Origin: Patescibacteria group bacterium
GTDB lineage: Bacteria > Patescibacteriota > Patescibacteriia > Patescibacteriales > JAQTRU01
NCBI GenBank assembly: GCA_041645555.1
Contig: JBAZPX010000001.1
Location: forward strand, 127,479-191,478
Direction of reading: 5' to 3'
DNA length: 64,000 nt
Both the position numbers and the translations under genes were made by a program. The notes under the pieces were generated by a model that searched no databases, had not been told where the DNA came from, and saw nothing but the letters and a program-made list of their open reading frames with translations. Positions 18,217-27,684 of the stretch are shown here, one piece after another (position 1 is the stretch's first letter; each line of letters starts with the position of its first letter).

Positions 18217-18810
18217 GTGGTCATGAAAAATAGAAATATGAAAATAATTTTAGGCTCTGGTTCAAAATGGCGCAAGGCGATGTTTGAAGAGATGGGATAT
18301 AATTTTGAAGTTGTAACGGCTGATATTGATGAAAAAGCGGTTCGCAGTGATGATTATTACGCTTTGCCGATTAAGATAGCCTGCGCTAAAGCCGAGGCCA
18401 TAAAGCAGAAAATTAAGGAGCCGGTTCTTCTAATCACGGCTGACCAAGTTGTGCTTTGCAACGGTGAATTGCGGGAAAAGCCGGAAGATGAACGCCAGGC
18501 GCGAGAATTTCTGCGTTCCTATAAAAAATATCCGGCAGAAATTATTAACGCGGTTGTCGTGACCAATACCCAAAGCGGTAAACGCGCGCAGGGGATTGAT
18601 ATCGCCAAAGCTTATTTTAAAGAGATTCCTGAAGAAATTATTAATAAGCTTGTAAAGATAGAAGATATTTTAAACTCGGCGGGCGGATTTTTGGCAGAGC
18701 ATGAATTATTACAACCCTATCTTAAAAAATACGAAGGCAAAGAAGGAAACAGCCTTGGCTTGCCGAGAGAATTAACCGAGCGTCTTATTCTTGAAGTTCA
18801 AAAAATATAA
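18217..18810 (+). CDS. maf: Maf-like nucleoside triphosphate pyrophosphatase
   Basis: IILGSGSKWRKAMFEEMGYNFEVVTADIDE and the overall Maf/YhdE pattern. Confidence 0.75.
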   Translation: MVMKNRNMKIILGSGSKWRKAMFEEMGYNFEVVTADIDEKAVRSDDYYALPIKIACAKAEAIKQKIKEPVLLITADQVVLCNGELREKPEDERQAREFLRSYKKYPAEIINAVVVTNTQSGKRAQGIDIAKAYFKEIPEEIINKLVKIEDILNSAGGFLAEHELLQPYLKKYEGKEGNSLGLPRELTERLILEVQKI

Positions 18811-18898
18811 AAAGCATTTGACTAAATTTAAAAAATAAATTAAGCTATTTTCAACACAACCGCACACCAACTTTCACATCAAAAAAGGGGAGGAAATC

Positions 18899-19066
18899 AT
18901 GTCTATGCATCCGTCACTAAAGAGCCGTAAGTTCAAAAAACACGGAAAAAACACCGGCGGAAAAAGCTGGAGGGGAGGTAAGTGCTATCGTATTGGGGAG
19001 GGGCCCAAACCAAAGTCGGGTACAACAATCACAACTGTAAATCCTCTTCCGGATCATAAATATTAA
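18899..19066 (+). CDS. small basic protein (55 aa), hypothetical
   Basis: Not in the ORF track because it is shorter than 60 aa. Strong RBS aaaaGGGGAGGaaatcATG. Lys/Gly-rich basic sequence MSMHPSLKSRKFKKHGKNTGGKSWRGGKCYRIGEG... Followed by a terminator. Confidence 0.4.
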   Translation: MSMHPSLKSRKFKKHGKNTGGKSWRGGKCYRIGEGPKPKSGTTITTVNPLPDHKY

Positions 19067-19092
19067 TCTGCGACATATTTTCCCCAATAATA

Positions 19093-19126
19093 GCCCGTGG
19101 CAGAATATCGCCGCGGGTTTTTTCTT
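19093..19126 (+). terminator. rho-independent terminator
   Basis: gcccgtggc-agaatatc-gccgcgggt stem (one G-U pair) followed by T6. Confidence 0.7.
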
Positions 19127-19190
19127 TGACTTTTGTTAATTTTTAGGTTATTTTATAGATATGAGTCATACAACATGATTTTTTTAATTT

Positions 19191-22190
19191 ATGGCAGAAA
19201 AAAAGAACGAAAACATAGAGAAGAAGAGCCCCCAGCCACAAGGGCGGGGCACGTCTTTTCCGGCTATGGAAGAGGAGGTTTTGAATTTTTGGGAGAAAAA
19301 TAAGATTTTTGAGAAATCAGTGGAAAATCCCCCCCACCCCCCTTTTCGAAAGGGGGCAGTTAAGGATTATGTTTTTTACGATGGGCCGCCTTTTGCGACC
19401 GGTACGCCTCATTACGGCCATATTGTTGCTAGTTTAATGAAAGATATCGTGCCGCGGTACTGGACGATGAAGGGCTATCGGGTGGAAAGGCGCTGGGGTT
19501 GGGATTGCCACGGTTTGCCGATTGAAAATATCGTGGAAAAAGAGATGAAGACCAAGAGCAAGAAAGATATTGAGAAAATGGGGGTAGAAAAGTTTAATGA
19601 ACAATGCCGAAGCAAGGTTTTAGTTTATGCCAAGGAATGGGAGAAAACCATAAGAAGAATGGGCCGCTGGGTGGATATGAAAAACGCTTATAAAACCATG
19701 GATCTAGACTATATGGAAAGCGTTTGGTGGGTGTTTAAACAACTTTGGGATAAAGGTTTGATTTATAAAGATTACCGCTCAATGCATATCTGCCCTAGAT
19801 GCGAAACCACTCTTTCTCAATCAGAAGTGGCGGAGGGGTATAAGATGGTAAAAGATTTGTCCGTGACTGTTAAGTTTAGAGTAAAGCCAGGGCAGATAAT
19901 AGAAGATCCTTTATCGCCAGAAACGGGTGGAATATGGAAAGTACCTGAAAACACATATTTACTTGCATGGACGACAACTCCTTGGACGTTAATAGGAAAT
20001 GTAGCTCTAGCGATAGGTGCAGGAATTCCTTATACTTTGTTTAGTAAAGATAATGAACATTTTCTTGCCTCAGATGTTCTTGCTAATAAGGAAAAAGAGA
20101 AAGATCCAAAAATTAGATTTGAAAGGATGTTTACGACTTATGATTTAGCCAATCTTGGATATGAACCGCTTTTTAATTACTATTCTGAAGATGAAACGCT
20201 TAAAAATCGAGAAAGAGGGTGGAAAGTGTACATAGCTGATTTTGTAACAACTGAAGAAGGCACGGGCATTGTTCATATTGCGCCGGCTTTTGGCGAGGAT
20301 GATATGAACTTGGGTAAAAAAGAGAAACTGCCTTTTGTTCAGCACGTCGGCATGGACGGAGTTATTAAAGAAGAAGCAAAGGATTTTGCCGGCTTGCACG
20401 TTAAACCGGCCGATGATGTTATGAAAACCGATGTAGAGATTATGAAATATTTAGCTGGCAAAGGACTTTTATTTTCTAAAGAAAAATATGAGCATAGTTA
20501 TCCGCATTGCTGGCGTTGCGAAACGCCTTTATTAAATTACGCCACCTCTTCCTGGTTTGTTAATATTTCCAAGATAAAATCAAAAATGCTCAAACTGGCT
20601 AAGAAAATAAATTGGGTGCCGGCTCATATTAAGGAAGGTAGATTTGGCAATTGGCTGGAAGGGGCGCGGGATTGGTCAATTTCGAGGCAAAGATACTGGG
20701 CTTCGGCAATTCCGATCTGGGAGTGTTCCTGCGGAGAAAGAAAAGTGATTGGGTCGGTTGAGGAACTGGAAAAACTGAGCAAAGAAAAAATTACGGATTT
20801 ACATAAGCATATAGTTGATAAAATCACTTTCGCCTGCAAATGCGGCGGAGAAATGAAGCGCATCCCGGATGTAATAGATTGCTGGTTTGAATCGGGCTCA
20901 ATGCCTTACGCGCAGATGCATTATCCTTTTGAGAATAAAAAGAAATTTGAGGCCAATTTTCCGGCCGAGTTTATTGCTGAGGGCGTTGACCAGACAAGGA
21001 CCTGGTTTTATTATCTTCATGCCATTGCCACCGGCATAAAAGGCAGCCACGCTTTTAAGAATGTCATTGTTAATGGCATAGTTTTAGCCGAAGACGGCAA
21101 AAAAATGTCAAAGCGGCTAAAAAATTATCCTGACCCGATGGAGGTTATGGATAAATACGGAGCTGACCCTTTGCGCTATTATCTTTGCGCTTCGCCGGTT
21201 ATGAAAGCGGACAACATAAATTTTTCCGAAAAAGATATGGCGGAGCAGACAAGATTTTTTAATATCCTCCTTAACGTTTTATCTTTTTATAAAATGTTCG
21301 CGGTTGATGTGAAAATTGAAGATTTAGAAAAGAAAGATTTGGTTAATGTTTTAGATAAATGGATAACCGCCAGATTAGAGCAAACCAAGCAGATTATTAC
21401 GGAAAAAATGGATAATTATGACTTGCACGCCATTCGTGAAATTCCAATTTTTATAAATGATTTATCAACCTGGTATGTGCGCCGTTCAAGAGACCGTTTT
21501 AAAGGAGATGATGAAGTAGATAAAATGCGGGCGTTAAAAACTTTACGCCGGACTTTATATCACTTAGCCCGGATTATGGCGCCGTTTTTGCCTTTTACAG
21601 CTGAGCATATTTATCAGGAATTAGGCGCAGACGTTGAATCGGTACATCTTAAAGAATGGGCTGACGTGAGAAAAGAGTGGATTAATAAGGATGTCCTAGA
21701 AAATATGGAAATGGTAAAAAAAATTGTGGAATTAGGATTGGCGAAAAGAGATGAGGCCGGAATTAAAGTTAGACAGGCTCTCGCTTCGCTTAAAGTCAAA
21801 AGTCAAAAGTCAAAAGTCAAAATCGCTGAAGATTATGTACAATTAATAAAGGATGAGATAAACGTGAAAGAAGTGATATTCACTGATGGAGATGACTTGG
21901 CCGTTGAACTTGACACGACTATGACTCCGGAATTGATTGCTGATGGGATTAAACGAGAATTGGTAAGAGCGATAAATAATTTGCGCAAAGAAACGGGAAT
22001 GACAATTCAGGACCGGGCCGCGATTTATTATGAAACAAAAAATAAGGAAATAAAAGAGGTGTTTGAGAAATTCGGCGAAGAGATTAAAAAAGATACTTTG
22101 GCTGATGAAATTCATGCGGGTGAAAGCGGCGAGATGATTAAAATCAACGGAGAAGATGTTGGCCTAAAAGTTAAAAATTTGAAATTGTAG
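19191..22190 (+). CDS. ileS: isoleucine--tRNA ligase (type 2, eukaryote/archaeal-like)
   Basis: HIGH (PHYGHIVAS), KMSKS (KMSKRLKNYPDP), WDCHGLP, editing domain, Zn-binding C-terminal extension. Confidence 0.95.
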   Translation: MAEKKNENIEKKSPQPQGRGTSFPAMEEEVLNFWEKNKIFEKSVENPPHPPFRKGAVKDYVFYDGPPFATGTPHYGHIVASLMKDIVPRYWTMKGYRVERRWGWDCHGLPIENIVEKEMKTKSKKDIEKMGVEKFNEQCRSKVLVYAKEWEKTIRRMGRWVDMKNAYKTMDLDYMESVWWVFKQLWDKGLIYKDYRSMHICPRCETTLSQSEVAEGYKMVKDLSVTVKFRVKPGQIIEDPLSPETGGIWKVPENTYLLAWTTTPWTLIGNVALAIGAGIPYTLFSKDNEHFLASDVLANKEKEKDPKIRFERMFTTYDLANLGYEPLFNYYSEDETLKNRERGWKVYIADFVTTEEGTGIVHIAPAFGEDDMNLGKKEKLPFVQHVGMDGVIKEEAKDFAGLHVKPADDVMKTDVEIMKYLAGKGLLFSKEKYEHSYPHCWRCETPLLNYATSSWFVNISKIKSKMLKLAKKINWVPAHIKEGRFGNWLEGARDWSISRQRYWASAIPIWECSCGERKVIGSVEELEKLSKEKITDLHKHIVDKITFACKCGGEMKRIPDVIDCWFESGSMPYAQMHYPFENKKKFEANFPAEFIAEGVDQTRTWFYYLHAIATGIKGSHAFKNVIVNGIVLAEDGKKMSKRLKNYPDPMEVMDKYGADPLRYYLCASPVMKADNINFSEKDMAEQTRFFNILLNVLSFYKMFAVDVKIEDLEKKDLVNVLDKWITARLEQTKQIITEKMDNYDLHAIREIPIFINDLSTWYVRRSRDRFKGDDEVDKMRALKTLRRTLYHLARIMAPFLPFTAEHIYQELGADVESVHLKEWADVRKEWINKDVLENMEMVKKIVELGLAKRDEAGIKVRQALASLKVKSQKSKVKIAEDYVQLIKDEINVKEVIFTDGDDLAVELDTTMTPELIADGIKRELVRAINNLRKETGMTIQDRAAIYYETKNKEIKEVFEKFGEEIKKDTLADEIHAGESGEMIKINGEDVGLKVKNLKL
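21792..21819 (+). repeat. (aaagtca)x4 heptanucleotide tandem repeat inside ileS
   Basis: Four perfect 7-nt units, translated as KVKSQKSKVK. Confidence 0.8.
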
Positions 22191-22194
22191 CAAT

Positions 22195-22575
22195 ATGGTT
22201 GGTAAAAAGAATTTTTGTCAAAATTGCGAGGAAATATGCTGTTCGGTAAGCTATGTCCAGATATCGAAAGAAGAGATAGAAAGATTTAAAGATAACATAG
22301 TTTGCCTTGATGGAATTTTTTTTCTCAAAAATGTCGGGGGAAAATGCGTTTTTTGGAAAAAAAATAAATGCGCTTTAAGCTACGCGGATAGGCCCCTGTC
22401 CTGCAAATTATATCCGATCGGCTTTGTTTTAGAAAACGGAAAACCGGTAGTCAGTATTGAAAAAAGTTGTTCTTTGGCGAAATTCGTGGATATGAAAAAA
22501 GAAGAACCATTAATTCGCAAGGCGATAGAATTGGGCTTAGATAAAGGCATCGCTATATCTGAAAGGGATTTTTAG
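22195..22575 (+). CDS. YkgJ-family cysteine-cluster (putative Fe-S/zinc) protein
   Basis: CQNCEEICC...C...C cysteine pattern of the UPF0153/YkgJ family. Confidence 0.55.
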   Translation: MVGKKNFCQNCEEICCSVSYVQISKEEIERFKDNIVCLDGIFFLKNVGGKCVFWKKNKCALSYADRPLSCKLYPIGFVLENGKPVVSIEKSCSLAKFVDMKKEEPLIRKAIELGLDKGIAISERDF

Positions 22576-22597
22576 TTATTTTTGAAGCGATAATTTT

Positions 22598-22855
22598 ATG
22601 AAAATTGAAAAAAAAATTTGGCCAGAATATTTTCAAGAGATTATGGACGGTAAGAAGAAGTTTGATTTACGATTAGGAGACTTTAATGTTAGCGAAGGCG
22701 ATATTTTGGTTTTGCGGGAATGGGATCAAAAGAAAAAAGAATATACGGGGAGAAGTCTAGAAAAGGAAGTGAAATATATTTTAAAAACAAAAGAGACGAA
22801 TTTTTGGCCGAAAGAAGAGGTTGATAAATATGGTTATCAGGTTATTGGTTTTTAA
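22598..22855 (+). CDS. small ASCH/PUA-like domain protein (DUF3850-like)
   Basis: KIWPEYFQEIMDGKKKFDLRLGDFNVSEGDILVLREW resembles the ASCH-like DUF3850 N-terminus. Low certainty. Confidence 0.4.
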   Translation: MKIEKKIWPEYFQEIMDGKKKFDLRLGDFNVSEGDILVLREWDQKKKEYTGRSLEKEVKYILKTKETNFWPKEEVDKYGYQVIGF

Positions 22856-22860
22856 TATTT

Positions 22861-23910
22861 ATGAAGAAGAAGATAAAAACTTTAGTATTACTGTCTGGCG
22901 GGCTGGACTCAATGCTGGCGGCGAAAATTTTAGCCGAGCAGGGAATTGAGGTGACCGGACTTAGTTTTATCAGTTGTTTTTTCGGAGCGGGAAAAGCCGA
23001 GAAAACGGCACAGCAACTTGGCATTGAACTAAAAAAAATTGATTTTAAAGAAGAACATCTGGAGATGGTAAAAAATCCGGCTTCAGGTTATGGAAAATGC
23101 CTTAACCCTTGTATTGACTGCCACGCCTTAATGATAAAGCGGGCCGGAGAAATAGCAAAAAAAGAAGGTTATGACTTTATTGCTACGGGTGAAGTTTTAG
23201 GGCAGAGGCCGATGTCGCAAAATTCCGGCGCTTTAGAAAGAGTGAAAAAGCTGGCCGGGGTAGAAGTCCTGCGGCCTTTATCAGCTTTAGTTTTACCGGA
23301 AACGGAAATAGAAAAGAAAGGACTGGCAGACAGAAATAAATTATTAGATATAAGCGGGCGAAGCAGAGAAAGACAAATGGAATTAGCGAAAAAATATGGC
23401 CTTACTTATCCGTCTCCGGCCGGAGGATGTTTATTAACCGATCCGGCTTTTAGCCAAAGAGCGCGAGATATGATAAAAAATTGGCCAAAATGCGGACCGG
23501 AGGATATGGAGTTATTGAAGCACGGGCGTATTTTCTGGGCCGGAGGAAAAACTTTAATAGCGGTGGGCAGGGATAAAGGAGATTGTGAGGCGCTGGAGAA
23601 GTTGGCAAAAACGGGCGATATTTTGATGGAATTAGAGAGTGAAATAGGACCGCTCACGGTTGTGAGAATTTTCAATTTTAAATTTTCAATTTTAAAACAA
23701 TTTTCAATTCTTAAATTACAAATTCCGGAAAAATTGGATGTTAGCGGATTAAAGCTAGATGAAGTAAAAGATGAAGAAGAAATTTTGCGATTAGCTGGAT
23801 TATTAACCGGCTGGTATGCGACCAAGGCGAGAGGGAAGACCGTGAAGTTATCCGCCTTCGCTAAAGCTACGGCGGACAAGGGAAGTAAAATTTCTATGAA
23901 AGTTAAATAA
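22861..23910 (+). CDS. PP-loop ATPase, ThiI-like tRNA sulfurtransferase domain protein
   Basis: PP-loop LLSGGLDS near the N-terminus and ThiI-like CIDCHALM...ATGEVLGQRPMSQNSGALE. Contains an in-frame copy of an intergenic AT-rich repeat arm at 23665-23728. Confidence 0.6.
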   Translation: MKKKIKTLVLLSGGLDSMLAAKILAEQGIEVTGLSFISCFFGAGKAEKTAQQLGIELKKIDFKEEHLEMVKNPASGYGKCLNPCIDCHALMIKRAGEIAKKEGYDFIATGEVLGQRPMSQNSGALERVKKLAGVEVLRPLSALVLPETEIEKKGLADRNKLLDISGRSRERQMELAKKYGLTYPSPAGGCLLTDPAFSQRARDMIKNWPKCGPEDMELLKHGRIFWAGGKTLIAVGRDKGDCEALEKLAKTGDILMELESEIGPLTVVRIFNFKFSILKQFSILKLQIPEKLDVSGLKLDEVKDEEEILRLAGLLTGWYATKARGKTVKLSAFAKATADKGSKISMKVK

Positions 23911-23912
23911 AG

Positions 23913-24761
23913 ATGATAAAAGAATTTATAAAATTTGACGAAAATAGAGAAGATGAGAAGCGGTTGGATAATATTCGGGAGGAAATTTTACAATTGGGCG
24001 ATATTAAAACAATCACCAGAGAAGAAGTCAGGCGAATAAAAGAAAAATTATTAGCCGAAAATCAGGGCTTTGAACAAGAAATTGAATTTATTTTTTCCGT
24101 TATTGACCAGATGGTTGACCAGGTTGAATATGATAAATTAAAAAGTGAGAACGGAGGTAAAATTGAGGGTCAAGTTAGCAAGAGATTAAATACCTCATTT
24201 GCCGAATCTTTTTTCCTGGAAACGGCATATATTATACAAAATAAGGATAACAGAAAATATTTATCAAACTTATTTGACTTATGCCAGGCAACTACGGAAA
24301 AATTAAAGGTAACCAAGGAATGGCAGAGGACTAAAAACGGTTTAATCGGCCAGGTTGGTGTTTGCAATTTCATGGAAAGATATGGCTTATCGCCCAGACT
24401 GGCCACGCCCAAAGAAGATGCTTTTATGAAGGTTGATTTTTGGGGGAAATCAGAGCAAGGTGAAACTTTAGCGGTACAGGGGAAGAGCCTGCGGTCTGCG
24501 GAACGGCCCGCTTATTTAGATTCAGACAGTAAATTAGAAAAGTGGCTCGGCCAGGAAGAGATGAGATCAAGGAAAGGGGGAAATGGAAAAGTTTTAAATT
24601 CCCTCCATAAGGTGGAAGAAGATTATAGAAGAGTTAAAAAATTTTGCGGCGATCAACCAAATACTAGAACGGTGGCGATTATTTTGCCCAGCGAGTCATT
24701 AGATCCGATTAATGGCGCGCTGGATGAAAAATATTTTGAAAATTTTAAATTAAATAATTAA
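23913..24761 (+). CDS. hypothetical protein
   Basis: ORF with a coiled-coil-like N-terminus and no recognisable motif. Start abuts the previous stop. Confidence 0.4.
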   Translation: MIKEFIKFDENREDEKRLDNIREEILQLGDIKTITREEVRRIKEKLLAENQGFEQEIEFIFSVIDQMVDQVEYDKLKSENGGKIEGQVSKRLNTSFAESFFLETAYIIQNKDNRKYLSNLFDLCQATTEKLKVTKEWQRTKNGLIGQVGVCNFMERYGLSPRLATPKEDAFMKVDFWGKSEQGETLAVQGKSLRSAERPAYLDSDSKLEKWLGQEEMRSRKGGNGKVLNSLHKVEEDYRRVKKFCGDQPNTRTVAIILPSESLDPINGALDEKYFENFKLNN

Positions 24762-24776
24762 TAAGCCAAAAAAGTT

Positions 24777-25331
24777 ATGAAAAAGTTTTTAATCGTCCTG
24801 GTAATCGTCGTGGTTATTGTGGCCGGCTATGCTTGGAGCCTCTATAACAAGATGGTTACCGGATCGGAAAACGTTGATAACGCCTGGGCGCAAGTTGAAA
24901 CCCAGTATCAACGCCGTTTTGATTTAATTCCGAATTTGGTTGAATCAGTTAAAGGAATCATGGCGCAGGAAAAAGAAGTTTTTGGTAATATTGCCGACGC
25001 CAGAACCCGATATGCCGGCGCTACTACCATTAATGACAAAGCCGAAGCGGCTACCCAAGTGGAAAGCTCTTTAGCCCGTTTATTGGTGGTTATGGAAAAT
25101 TATCCGCAGTTAAAATCAGCGGAAAATGTCCAGACTTTGATGGTCCAGCTGGAGGGGACAGAAAATCGGATCAGCGTAGAGCGCAAGAGGTATAATGATA
25201 TGGCTAAGGAATTTAATGTTATGGTTAAACGCGTTCCGGCCAAATGGTTTGCCTCCATGTTTTCTTTTGCGGAAAAAACTTATTTTGAGTCAGTGACTGG
25301 TTCGGAGAATGCACCAGCCGTAAAGTTCTAA
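24777..25331 (+). CDS. lemA: LemA family protein
   Basis: N-terminal TM plus WAQVETQYQRRFDLIPNLVESVKG...RLLVVMENYPQLKS, the canonical LemA pattern. Followed by a TPM-domain gene, the usual pairing. Confidence 0.85.
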   Translation: MKKFLIVLVIVVVIVAGYAWSLYNKMVTGSENVDNAWAQVETQYQRRFDLIPNLVESVKGIMAQEKEVFGNIADARTRYAGATTINDKAEAATQVESSLARLLVVMENYPQLKSAENVQTLMVQLEGTENRISVERKRYNDMAKEFNVMVKRVPAKWFASMFSFAEKTYFESVTGSENAPAVKF

Positions 25332-25334
25332 ATT

Positions 25335-25450
25335 GCAATTTCTAATTTCTAATAAAATTTCAAATGTCTAATGTCAAATTTTTAATTATAATTTTGAGCA
25401 TTAAGCATTTTATTAGAAATTAGGTGAATTAGAAATTAGGAATTTTTATT
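25335..25450. repeat. AT-rich palindromic intergenic element (same family)
   Basis: aatttctaatttctaataaaat...attttattagaaattaggtgaattagaaattagg. Confidence 0.7.
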
Positions 25451-25454
25451 CTAA

Positions 25455-26336
25455 ATGTTTAAACTATTTAGAAAAGTAATATTTGTATTACTATTATTTT
25501 TTGTGGCGATACCAGCCCTGGCTTATTACAATCCGGGAACGCCGGCTGGTTTTGTTAATGATTATGCGGGGATGATGAGTGAAAGCGAAAAGCAGAGTCT
25601 GGAAGCTAAATTAGTTAATTTTGAAAGCCAAACCAGCAATGAAATTACGGTTGTAACCATTCCCAATCTGGACGGGGATACGATTGAAAATTTCGCAGTC
25701 AAGCTTTTTGAAGATTGGAAAATTGGTAAAGCCAAAAATGACAATGGCATTTTGCTTTTAATTGCCAAAGAGGATAGGCAGATGCGGATTGAAGTTGGAT
25801 ACGGCCTGGAAGGCGCTTTAACCGACGCTCAAAGTTTCTGGATTATTGACGATTTAATGAAACCGGCTTTTAGGGAAGAAAAATATTACGAGGGTATAGA
25901 CCAGGCAGTTGATAAAATCATAGCGGCCACTCAAGGCGAATACGTGCCGGAAAGTAAGCCGGCAAAAGGGTTGAGTTCTAACGCTTGGGAAAATATTTTT
26001 TGGTTTGGGCTTTTCGCCATAATGTGGATTGCGAGCATCTTGGGCCGGAGCAAGTCCTGGTGGGCCGGCGGAGTGGTTGGGGGCGTAATTGGCGTAATAA
26101 TCGGGATAGTCAAGGGTTTTGCTATTTTTGGCCTGGTTGCTTTGGCGATTTTAATCCCTTTCGGCTTGCTGTTTGATTTTATCATTTCCAAGAATTACGC
26201 CAAACATAAAGCGAGCGGCACAATTCCCTGGTGGATTGGCGGAGGACGCGGGGGCGGAGGCGGATTCGGCGGCGGAGGATTTGGCGGATTCGGCGGCGGA
26301 TCGTCCGGCGGCGGCGGGTCTTCTGGATCGTGGTAA
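25455..26336 (+). CDS. TPM-domain (YgcG-like) membrane protein with a Gly-rich C-terminal tail
   Basis: Signal peptide, TPM phosphatase-like domain (AGMMSESEKQSLEAKL...ITVVTIP...ILLLIAKEDRQMRIEVGYGLEG), TM segments, then GGGRGGGGGFGGGGFGG. Confidence 0.8.
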   Translation: MFKLFRKVIFVLLLFFVAIPALAYYNPGTPAGFVNDYAGMMSESEKQSLEAKLVNFESQTSNEITVVTIPNLDGDTIENFAVKLFEDWKIGKAKNDNGILLLIAKEDRQMRIEVGYGLEGALTDAQSFWIIDDLMKPAFREEKYYEGIDQAVDKIIAATQGEYVPESKPAKGLSSNAWENIFWFGLFAIMWIASILGRSKSWWAGGVVGGVIGVIIGIVKGFAIFGLVALAILIPFGLLFDFIISKNYAKHKASGTIPWWIGGGRGGGGGFGGGGFGGFGGGSSGGGGSSGSW

Positions 26337-26405
26337 GTTGACATAAGGGGAATATTCGTATATGATTTATAAGATTTGGTAGATGATAAACGCTTCGCTA
26401 GGACT

Positions 26406-26425
26406 TATCCCGCCTAGGCGGGATA
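26406..26425. repeat. perfect 20-nt palindrome tatcccgcctaggcgggata
   Basis: Perfect dyad symmetry. Shares the cccgcctaggcggga core with the 60-nt dispersed repeat copy at 11370-11440. Confidence 0.8.
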
Positions 26426-26645
26426 ACCAAAAGTAAGCAAAAGTTTCGGGGGCCTCAATTCGCTATCACGTTGATTAATCTTTAGATATGCTCGCCTTGG
26501 CGCTGGAGTTTAAGCCCCCGAACCCCATGGTGATTTTTAAGAGTTTTGAAAATTTATAAATTAAAAATTGTTTAAAAATTATAAAATTACAAAATTGAAA
26601 ATTAATAGTGTTACATGTTTCATGCTGCATGTTTCGTGAAAAAAT

Positions 26646-27596
26646 ATGAATGTACAACAAATCTACGACTTAGCGGTGAAGATGGGCATTAAGGCTGACC
26701 TTCGCGGCGAAAAAGATGTCAGAAAAAATTTGGAAAGGATAAAGGCCAAGTATGAGAAAATGGATAAGGAAGCAAAGGCTGAATTTGATAAGGAGAAGTT
26801 AACCAATCCTTACAGTGATTCCCGGATTTTATTTTCGGGCGGCGAAAAAGAGATAAAGAAAGTTTTAATCGGAGTTGATATGGAGGGGGCAGAATTGCTG
26901 TTAGCCGATAAATTAGGCGATATTGATTTGGTAATTGCCCATCATCCGGAAGGGCCGGCCTTGGCTGATTTGCACGGCGTAATGGATTTGCAATCAGAAG
27001 TTTTGGCCAAGTACGGTGTGCCAATTAATATTGCCGAATCAGTCATCAGACCGAGAATTTCCGAAGTTGGCCGCGGTATTTCTTCGGCTAACCATAACCG
27101 TTCGGTTGATATAGCAAAAATTTTAGGTCTTAATTTTATGTGTATTCATACTCCTTGCGATAATTTGGGAGCGAATCATTTGGTAAAATTAATAAACAAG
27201 AAGAAGCCCGAGTTTGTGGAAGATGTTTTAAAAATGTTAAAAGAAATTCCGGAATTTAAAGAAGCAGTTAACCGCAAAGCCGGGCCGAAGTTATTTGTCG
27301 GCAATCCGGACGATAGATGCGGCAAAGTCGTGGTAACGGAATTTACCGGCGGCACGTCAGGGTCAAAAGATATTTACGAAAAGATGGCGCAAGCCGGCAT
27401 TGGCACGGTTATAGGCATGCATATGAGTGAAGAGCACAGGAAAGAAGCGGAGAAAGCTCATATCAATGTCGTGATTGCCGGACACATGGCTTCTGATTCT
27501 TTAGGCTTGAATTTATTTTTAGACGAGTTAGAGAAAAAAGGCATTAAAGTAGTGCCGGTTTCCGGGCTGATTAGGGTGAAGAGATCGGGACGTTAA
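26646..27596 (+). CDS. Nif3-like dinuclear metal centre protein (NIF3/YqfO family)
   Basis: DLVIAHHP and C-terminal VVIAGHMASD motifs at spacing typical of NIF3 proteins. Confidence 0.5.
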   Translation: MNVQQIYDLAVKMGIKADLRGEKDVRKNLERIKAKYEKMDKEAKAEFDKEKLTNPYSDSRILFSGGEKEIKKVLIGVDMEGAELLLADKLGDIDLVIAHHPEGPALADLHGVMDLQSEVLAKYGVPINIAESVIRPRISEVGRGISSANHNRSVDIAKILGLNFMCIHTPCDNLGANHLVKLINKKKPEFVEDVLKMLKEIPEFKEAVNRKAGPKLFVGNPDDRCGKVVVTEFTGGTSGSKDIYEKMAQAGIGTVIGMHMSEEHRKEAEKAHINVVIAGHMASDSLGLNLFLDELEKKGIKVVPVSGLIRVKRSGR

Positions 27597-27684
27597 GATT
27601 CTTGAGATTCTTAAGATTTTTAGGATTTTTAAGATAAAGTTATCAGGCAGCTCGTTTCGGCGGGCTGTTTTGGTAAAAATCAAG

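Noticed and set aside
25931-26191. Short ORFs on both strands over the Gly-rich tail of the TPM protein
   Set aside because: Low-complexity GGC/GGA repeats create open frames on both strands. The sense-strand TPM gene explains the region.
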